Below, in pieces: positions 57,688 to 64,000 of a DNA stretch of 64,000 nucleotides. Below the pieces are notes generated by a model that was given only the letters and a program-made list of their open reading frames with translations, did no database searches and had not been told where the DNA came from. The first letter of the stretch is position 1; every line of letters starts with the position of its first letter. Position numbers and translations under genes: made by a program. Source of the DNA: Mycoavidus cysteinexigens (lineage in GTDB: Bacteria > Pseudomonadota > Gammaproteobacteria > Burkholderiales > Burkholderiaceae). The stretch is from positions 23,942-87,941 of the forward strand of contig JASSUD010000001.1 in NCBI GenBank assembly GCA_031963225.1. Direction: 5' to 3'.

Positions 57688-58188
57688 TTACGCAGTAACA
57701 ACTGCTTTTTCAATTAGAACCGCTTCTACAGGCACATCTTGGTGATACCCGTTTGTGCCGGTTTTCACTGCAGCAATTTTATCCATTACCTCTAAACCAG
57801 ACACCACACGCCCAAAGACGCAATATCCCCACCCTTGTACCGTAGGTGCAGAAAAGTTTAAGAAGTCGTTGTCAGACAGATTGATAAAAAATTGTGCACT
57901 GGCGGAATGAGGCGCATTGGTGCGAGCCATTGCAATACTGCCACGTACATTTTTAAGGCCATTATTGGCTTCGTTTTCAATGGTAGCTTGGGTAGGTTTT
58001 TGGTCCATATCCTCTGTGAAGCCTCCACCTTGAATCATGAAGCCTGGAATAACCCGATGAAAAATGGTGTTGTCATAGTGACCACTTTTTACGTAGTTCA
58101 AGAAATTTTCTACTGTTTTAGGGGCTTTTTCAGCGTCCAGTTCAAGTTGAATCACGCCAAAAGAAGTATGCAGTTCGATCATAAACAT
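57688..58188 (-). CDS. ppiB: Peptidyl-prolyl cis-trans isomerase B (cyclophilin type)
   Basis: Near-collinear with E. coli PpiB as recalled: [57 protein letters not shown]. No signal peptide. Confidence 0.95.
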   Translation of the reverse strand: MFMIELHTSFGVIQLELDAEKAPKTVENFLNYVKSGHYDNTIFHRVIPGFMIQGGGFTEDMDQKPTQATIENEANNGLKNVRGSIAMARTNAPHSASAQFFINLSDNDFLNFSAPTVQGWGYCVFGRVVSGLEVMDKIAAVKTGTNGYHQDVPVEAVLIEKAVVTA

Positions 58189-58214
58189 TCCTAAGTAAGG
58201 TTGGAGAAAAATTA

Positions 58215-58344
58215 GGGCATGTCCTCAATTGCTCCAAAGGGCTCATCTTTGAGGTTGTCCGGTCACTGTACTCAAGTAAAGTTCCGATCCTTATGCTCCT
58301 GCTCCCCAAAATATGAGCCCTTTGGAGCAATTGAGGACACACCC
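58215..58344. mobile_element. 130-bp MITE-like element with perfect 26-bp terminal inverted repeats
   Basis: GTCCTCAATTGCTCCAAAGGGCTCAT at the left end and its exact reverse complement ATGAGCCCTTTGGAGCAATTGAGGAC at the right. Lies between ppiB and the TPR gene. Confidence 0.8.
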
Positions 58345-58943
58345 TAGGGTAACGTTTCAGTGCCTTGAGCCGGCTGTGGCTGATTTTTGCGAAGTAACTT
58401 TTGGAGATCGCGCTGGCGCTGCTTGGAGAGCAGATTGTGTGTATCGCGTGTCGCAGCTTGCTGGTAAGCCAAAATGGCAAGCTGCGTATATATTGTTCCT
58501 AGGTTTTGGTAGGCCAGAGGGTAGTTTGGATTCGCGCTAATAGCGGTTTCTAAAGTGGCGCGAGCCTGGGCATATTGCCCTCTTTTTGCATAAAGCGCTG
58601 CGAGATTATTATAAGATTCTGGCAACTCAGGATAGCGCGCAATCAGGTTTTGAAAAGCTTCAATAGCTTCGTCATCTTGGCCTTCCCGGGCTAATTGGGT
58701 GGCGTGTTGAAAAAGCGCCTGAACATTATGCGTGGCGCCCGTTGGGCGCTGATTAGGAATAGGTGCTGGCGCAGCTGGTTCCGTGCCAGGTACGGTGTCT
58801 GTGCCTATATTTTGAGGCGCGGGAGCGCTTGCGAAAGAGGCTGTATCTATATTAGATGCAACAGCAGCGGAGGGGTTGTTTGCATAGGCTGGGCAAAAAA
58901 ACAGACTAGCAATAAATAAAATAAGGCGATTGGGCAGGTTCAT
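58344..58943 (-). CDS. Secreted tetratricopeptide-repeat protein
   Basis: ATG 58943 gives the signal peptide MNLPNRLILFIASLFFCPAYA. The track start 59135 would overlap cysS. TPR units AIEAFQNLIARYPE, YNNLAALYAKRGQYAQARATLETAI, NPNYPLAYQNLGTIY. Confidence 0.75.
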   Translation of the reverse strand: MNLPNRLILFIASLFFCPAYANNPSAAVASNIDTASFASAPAPQNIGTDTVPGTEPAAPAPIPNQRPTGATHNVQALFQHATQLAREGQDDEAIEAFQNLIARYPELPESYNNLAALYAKRGQYAQARATLETAISANPNYPLAYQNLGTIYTQLAILAYQQAATRDTHNLLSKQRQRDLQKLLRKNQPQPAQGTETLP

Positions 58944-59055
58944 GAGCAGTAAATCAAGAGTGCTATACTCGCCGGCCATTTTCGCCGGAATAGGTGATGT
59001 AAGGTTAACACATTGGTTGCGCTGCGATGGCGCCTTCTTGTAGAGTATTTCTGCG

Positions 59056-60537
59056 ATGTCTTCTCTTCGTTTATATAACACCCTTACCCGCACAAAAGAG
59101 GTTTTTGTACCTCTGGTGCCTAAAGAAGTGCGCATGTATGTCTGCGGTATGACCGTCTATGATTATTGTCATATGGGGCACGCCCGTGTGATGGTGGTAT
59201 TCGATATCGTACAGCGCTGGCTACGCGCTTCAGGCTATCGTGTGACGTATGTGCGCAATATTACGGATATTGATGACAAAATTATCCGCCGTGCACAGGA
59301 AAACGGTGAGCCCGTTTCTGCGCTAACGGAGCGTTTTATTCGCGCTATGCATGAAGATGCAGATGCATTGGGTGTTTTGCGCCCAGATAGCGAGCCACGC
59401 GCTACGGAATTCGTACCGCAGATGCTAGAAATGATCGAAGCGCTTGAGAAAAATGGTTATGTCTATCAAAGCGACTCAGGCGATGTGAATTATTCTGTGC
59501 GCAAGTTTGTGGGCTACGGAAAATTATCTGGTAAATCTTTGGATAATCTACGCGCTGGAGCCCGAGTGGCGGTGAGTGAATCTAAGAATGACCCACTAGA
59601 TTTTGTACTCTGGAAGCCCGTGGAAAAGCCTGCTTCAGAGAATAATTTAGAATCCAGTATGCATGCGCACTCCACCCAGAAAGCTACACCTAGTTGGCCT
59701 TCAAAATGGGGGGAAGGGCGCCCTGGCTGGCATATTGAATGTTCTGCAATGAGTCGAGCCTTATTGGGTTCTCATTTTGATATTCATGGTGGTGGCCAAG
59801 ATTTGCAATTTCCGCATCATGAAAATGAAATTGCTCAAAGCGAAGGCGCTTGTAGCGAGCCCGCTGAATTAGGGGAGCATAAGCCGTTTGTGAATTACTG
59901 GCTGCACAATGGGTATGTGCAGATCGACAATGAAAAAATGTCGAAATCGCTGAATAATTTTGCGACGATCCGTGCAGTGCTGGAGCAATTTGACGCAGAA
60001 GTCGTGCGCTTTTTTATCTTGCGTGCGCATTATCGAAGCCCATTGAACTACAGTACCACGCATCTTGAAGATGCGCGTCAGGCGCTAACGCGCTTATATA
60101 CTGCACTTAAAAAAGTGCCAGCTGATGAGCAGGAAGTAGAGTGGTCTGAGCCCTATGCCCAACGTTTTAGTGCAGCACTCAATGATGATTTTAATACGCC
60201 TTTGGCGGTAGCCGTGTTGTTTGATTTAGCTACGGCCATCAATACGCATGCAGATGCCGTGCTTGCACGTCAACTAAAAGGGCTTGCTAAAGTATTGGGT
60301 TTGTTAGAACGTTCGCCCTCGGATTTCTTGCAGCATGATCCTACACAAGTTCAAGCAGACCACGCAGCCCTCCATAGCCTGAGCGCAGAAGATATTGAAG
60401 CTCGTATTAAGCAGCGCAGTGTTGCTAGGGCAGCCCGGCGTTTTCAAGAAGCGGACGCTATTCGGGATGCCTTATTGATGGCGGGAATCGTATTAGAAGA
60501 TGCGCCGGATGGCCGGTGTGACTGGCGTCGTGCGTAG
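59056..60537 (+). CDS. cysS: Cysteine--tRNA ligase
   Basis: HIGH-type [13 protein letters not shown] (EKMSKSLNN), zinc-site HIECSAM. Confidence 0.95.
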   Translation: MSSLRLYNTLTRTKEVFVPLVPKEVRMYVCGMTVYDYCHMGHARVMVVFDIVQRWLRASGYRVTYVRNITDIDDKIIRRAQENGEPVSALTERFIRAMHEDADALGVLRPDSEPRATEFVPQMLEMIEALEKNGYVYQSDSGDVNYSVRKFVGYGKLSGKSLDNLRAGARVAVSESKNDPLDFVLWKPVEKPASENNLESSMHAHSTQKATPSWPSKWGEGRPGWHIECSAMSRALLGSHFDIHGGGQDLQFPHHENEIAQSEGACSEPAELGEHKPFVNYWLHNGYVQIDNEKMSKSLNNFATIRAVLEQFDAEVVRFFILRAHYRSPLNYSTTHLEDARQALTRLYTALKKVPADEQEVEWSEPYAQRFSAALNDDFNTPLAVAVLFDLATAINTHADAVLARQLKGLAKVLGLLERSPSDFLQHDPTQVQADHAALHSLSAEDIEARIKQRSVARAARRFQEADAIRDALLMAGIVLEDAPDGRCDWRRA

Positions 60538-60569
60538 GCATTTATTTTTAGGGTATATAGGAGAGCAGT

Positions 60570-61289
60570 ATGGCCAAAGGCCAAGAATCAGCACTAAGAG
60601 CTAGTGGAGCCGGCGGCAGTATCGAAGTACATACCGCTTCGCAAGTGCTGAGCTGCTCAACGCCTATCGAGGTGCAGCCCGATTATTGGGAGTGTGCTAG
60701 CGCAGCGTTGATGAAAAGTGATCGCATCTTAAAAAAGATAATTCCGCAGTATCGCTCTACCCATTTGATTAGTCGAGGCGATCCTTTTGTTACGCTTGTG
60801 CGCTCTGTTGTAGGGCAACAAATTTCTGTGCGTGCAGCGCAAACGGTATGGGATCGAGTGGCAGGAGCATGTGTAGAACTCCATCCCACCCAGTTTTTAG
60901 AAGTGGGATCGGAGCGTTTAGCTGCTTGTGGGCTTTCAAAAAGAAAAGTGGAATATATTTTAGATCTAGCTAGCCACTTTAATGCCAAGACTGTGCGTTT
61001 GGATGAGTGGGCGCAGATGGAAGATGAAGCGGTTATTGCAGATTTAACGCAAATTCGTGGAGTGGGTCGCTGGACAGCAGAAATGTTTTTAATTTTCAAT
61101 CTGCGTCGCCCTAATGTTTTACCGCTTGATGATGCGGGTTTAATACGTGCTGTGAGTGTAAATTACTTTAGCGGAGAGTCCGTTACGCGCAGCGAAGTAC
61201 GCGAAATTGCAACAAACTGGGCTCCTTGGTGTACCGTTGCCACTTGGTATTTATGGCGGAGCCTAGATGCTATTGCGCAGAATTACTAG
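60570..61289 (+). CDS. DNA-3-methyladenine glycosylase II family protein (HhH-GPD)
   Basis: AGGAGA RBS. QQISVRAAQTVWDR, HhH IRGVGRWTAEMFLIF, catalytic-Asp context LPLDDAGL. Confidence 0.8.
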   Translation: MAKGQESALRASGAGGSIEVHTASQVLSCSTPIEVQPDYWECASAALMKSDRILKKIIPQYRSTHLISRGDPFVTLVRSVVGQQISVRAAQTVWDRVAGACVELHPTQFLEVGSERLAACGLSKRKVEYILDLASHFNAKTVRLDEWAQMEDEAVIADLTQIRGVGRWTAEMFLIFNLRRPNVLPLDDAGLIRAVSVNYFSGESVTRSEVREIATNWAPWCTVATWYLWRSLDAIAQNY

Positions 61290-61452
61290 AATGTGTCTAC
61301 CCTTGTACCTTGTAGATACAGCCTAGCAATTCTGTGCTGTGATATATAAAGCCCTATTTTTAACCATGGCTAAAAATAGGGAGCAAGTTCTATCCATTAC
61401 TCCATGGACTATCCTGCTTCGAAAAAATTCGAAAGCTTTTTCTGACGGATTC

Positions 61453-62424
61453 ATGAAAACTACCTTTTTAGATTTTGAAGGGCCGATTGCAGAGCTCGAA
61501 GCAAAAATTGAAGAACTGCGTTTTGTGCAGGACGATTCAGTTCTAGATCTCTCTAGAGAAGTTGAGCAGCTCTCTGAAAAAAGTCGCCAACTTACCAAAG
61601 ATCTGTATTCCAAACTGACTCCTTGGCAAGTGGTACAGATTGCGCGCCATCCGCAGCGCCCTTATACCTTGGATTACATCGAGCATATTTTTACAGATTT
61701 CCATGAATTGCATGGAGATCGTGCTTTTGCGGATGATTTGTCGATAATTGGTGGGTTAGCGCGTTTGAATGGGCAGCCCTGTATGGTTATTGGGCACCAA
61801 AAAGGGCGTGATACTAAAGAGCGCGCTGCACGCAACTTTGGTATGTCCAAACCCGAGGGCTATCGCAAAGCCGAGCGCTTGATGCGGCTTGCTGAAAAAT
61901 TTGGCCTACCCATATTTACCTTTATTGATACGCCGGGCGCCTATCCAGGTGTGGGGGCGGAAGAAAGGGGGCAGTCTGAAGCTATTGGCTATAACTTGTA
62001 TGTGATGGCTGAGCTCAAAACACCGATAATCGCTACGATCATTGGGGAAGGGGGGTCAGGAGGGGCGCTAGCTATTGGCGTGGCAGATAATGTGCTTATG
62101 CTGCAGCACTCTATTTATTCTGTGATTTCCCCAGAAGGATGCGCTTCCATTTTATGGAAAAGCGCTGCGCGTGCGCCTGAAGCGGCTGATGCATTAGGTT
62201 TGACAGCGCAGCGTATTAAAGCACTAGGCCTTATTGATAAAGTAGTCAATGAACCTTTAGGAGGCGCACATCGCGACACTAAAGCTATGGCTGCGATTTT
62301 AAAACGTACGCTGGTGGATTGTTTGCGCCAGTTGCAACCTATGAGTATCAGTGAACTCAAGGCGAGAAGGTTCGACAGACTGATGAGCTACGGTAAATTC
62401 ACAGATTCCTCCGAGACTTTATAA
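61453..62424 (+). CDS. accA: Acetyl-CoA carboxylase carboxyltransferase subunit alpha
   Basis: From ATG 61453: [66 protein letters not shown]. The track adds 38 codons. Confidence 0.95.
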   Translation: MKTTFLDFEGPIAELEAKIEELRFVQDDSVLDLSREVEQLSEKSRQLTKDLYSKLTPWQVVQIARHPQRPYTLDYIEHIFTDFHELHGDRAFADDLSIIGGLARLNGQPCMVIGHQKGRDTKERAARNFGMSKPEGYRKAERLMRLAEKFGLPIFTFIDTPGAYPGVGAEERGQSEAIGYNLYVMAELKTPIIATIIGEGGSGGALAIGVADNVLMLQHSIYSVISPEGCASILWKSAARAPEAADALGLTAQRIKALGLIDKVVNEPLGGAHRDTKAMAAILKRTLVDCLRQLQPMSISELKARRFDRLMSYGKFTDSSETL

Positions 62425-62435
62425 AAGTAACGAGG

Positions 62436-63983
62436 TTGGCGGTGATGATTGAGTTGGTGCTTAAAGCTTTTCAGGCAAAATTAACATTGCTCCCTCAGCA
62501 TGAGCTTGAAAAACGGCGGTTTGCCATTGCATTTAGCGGTGGAGTCGATTCAAGTGTGTTGTTGCATGCAGCGGTAACATGCTTGGGAGCGCACCGTTGT
62601 GTAGCTTTGCATGTACATCACGGATTAAATGTACACGCAGATAGTTGGCAAGAAGCGGCGCAGGCCGTAGCGCAGCGTTTAGGCGTGCAATTTGAAGCGC
62701 GTCGCGTGGTGATTGATGCATCGGGGCAGGGTATAGAGGCAGCGGCGCGTGAAGCGCGCTATGCTGCTTTGAGCGCATTATGTATACAAAATGACGCAAG
62801 CGTTCTATTGCTAGGTCATCATGAAGATGATCAGGTTGAAACGATGTGGCTACAGTTGCTCAGAGGTGGCGGATTGCCAGGAGTGGCAGCGATGCCTGAA
62901 AAACCCGTAGAGCGGATAGAGTCACATGCTGGGTTTGTAGAGAATAAGGCGCTTCGCCCCTCAAAAGCCAGTTCTACTCCTACCATTACCTGGCTACGTC
63001 CGCTCTTGTCTGTGCCTCGTAGCGCTATCCAAGCGTATGCTGCACATCACCACTTATCTTGGATTGAAGACGATAGTAATGTCGATGTGCGTTATGCACG
63101 TAATGCGCTACGTCACGATATATTGCCTCAAGTGGCGAAGCATTTTCCTGCATACAAAAAGGCTAGTGTGCGCTTCGCTAGATATGCAGCACAAACCCAA
63201 AGTCTTTTAGATGATTTAGCTGAAATAGATTTACGCGCATTAGAGAGCGAGCCGCATAGTGTGGGCAATGCGCATACATTGCGCATGCTCTCTCACAATG
63301 CTTTTAATGCATTGCTCCATCGCTCTTTTGCTAGGGCAGTGAATGTATTGCGTTACTGGATGCGCATCGAAGAGGTACCGGTTGCTTCTTCTGCATGGCT
63401 GGATGAGGCGTGTCGGCAGTTAGATAAAAATAGACTGTTACCATCGCCCTCCTTACATTCGACACATGCTGCTGCACCAAAGCGTGTTGCATGGCAAATT
63501 CCTTATGCGAATTTCTATTTGTCGATTTATCGTGACCGTATGTATTGGGAACGGGCAGATGAGCAAGCATTGCGAGACCCTGGTGTGGTTTCTGAAGAGA
63601 TGCTTTTGCAGTGGCAAGGTCAAACACAGTGGCTACTGACTCCGTGGGGAGGCAGTGTGCACTTTATAATGGCTTCGAAAAATGAGACGGCTAGCGTATC
63701 TACAGCTTTGCTGCGCTCTAAGCCGCTGACTGCGCGTAAGCGCTCTGGTGGCGAACGTTTTCGGGCATACCCGGGAGCGCCTAGCCGAACGCTGAAAAAC
63801 TTGTTTCAAGAAGCGAACGTGCCGGCTTGGCAGCGTGCGCTTCCATTAATTTATATAGGCGAAACGCTTTTATTTGTCCCTTATATAGGGCTAAATCTGG
63901 GCGATATCGCCGCTGCTGAATCTGAAATTAGTACACAGTCTGAAGACTATGTACAGCTCGAATGGTGTGTAGAACCCCTATAG
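62436..63983 (+). CDS. tilS: tRNA(Ile)-lysidine synthase
   Basis: PP-loop FAIAFSGGVDSSVLL, LLGHHEDDQVET, C-terminal KNLFQEANVPAWQR. The first ATG is at 62445. accA-tilS adjacency. Confidence 0.9.
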   Translation: MAVMIELVLKAFQAKLTLLPQHELEKRRFAIAFSGGVDSSVLLHAAVTCLGAHRCVALHVHHGLNVHADSWQEAAQAVAQRLGVQFEARRVVIDASGQGIEAAAREARYAALSALCIQNDASVLLLGHHEDDQVETMWLQLLRGGGLPGVAAMPEKPVERIESHAGFVENKALRPSKASSTPTITWLRPLLSVPRSAIQAYAAHHHLSWIEDDSNVDVRYARNALRHDILPQVAKHFPAYKKASVRFARYAAQTQSLLDDLAEIDLRALESEPHSVGNAHTLRMLSHNAFNALLHRSFARAVNVLRYWMRIEEVPVASSAWLDEACRQLDKNRLLPSPSLHSTHAAAPKRVAWQIPYANFYLSIYRDRMYWERADEQALRDPGVVSEEMLLQWQGQTQWLLTPWGGSVHFIMASKNETASVSTALLRSKPLTARKRSGGERFRAYPGAPSRTLKNLFQEANVPAWQRALPLIYIGETLLFVPYIGLNLGDIAAAESEISTQSEDYVQLEWCVEPL

Positions 63984-64000
63984 CGTGTGTCCTCAATTAC
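63983..64000. repeat. Terminus of the second MITE family, cut by the window end
   Basis: GCGTGTGTCCTCAATTAC directly after the tilS stop. Matches the GTGTCCTCAATTGC ends at 37025 and 58215/58344. Confidence 0.4.

Overview
This 64-kb window looks like a betaproteobacterium. The core synteny is Burkholderiales-like (lpxH-ppiB-TPR-cysS-glycosylase-accA-tilS, earP-efp with Arg32 EF-P, uvrC-pgsA, thiC/glnA/bamD/rluD/rimO/tsaD). The organism cannot be named from the sequence alone.

The window has two parts.

(1) About 700-32,900 is a lower-GC accessory island made almost entirely of proteins with no recognisable family.
- It opens with a 1956-aa NACHT-pentapeptide-WD40 STAND/NLR-like protein.
- That is followed by a module built from five paralogous gene families (named A-E here), present in three progressively decayed copies.
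- Most of these proteins carry paired (bilobed) hydrophobic segments. Family E and the giant NLR-like protein share the same C-terminal WD-like module.
- The plus-strand genes of the island sit behind a conserved promoter-like box, seen five times.
- The island also holds a divergent RelA/SpoT-like nucleotidyltransferase, an IS3-type orfA remnant, and three long coiled-coil membrane proteins. One of these has a 96-bp tandem repeat array.
- Two ordinary genes are embedded in the island: a thioredoxin-like 2Fe-2S ferredoxin and dgkA.

(2) About 33,000-64,000 is conserved housekeeping sequence, interrupted by two small insertions.
- One insertion is a pair of tandem paralogues between tsaD and efp.
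- The other lies between trmJ and lpxH. It is an Rpn-family nuclease locus with gene fragments, a duplicated lpxH 3' end and an AT-rich novel gene.

A REP-like hairpin repeat family (at least 10 loci) and two MITE-like families occupy intergenic sites throughout.

No rRNA, CRISPR array or phage genes were seen. One tRNA-Leu(UAA) is present. Functional ideas for the island, such as secreted or host-membrane-targeted proteins of a host-associated bacterium, are inference only. All identities and coordinates come from hand alignment.
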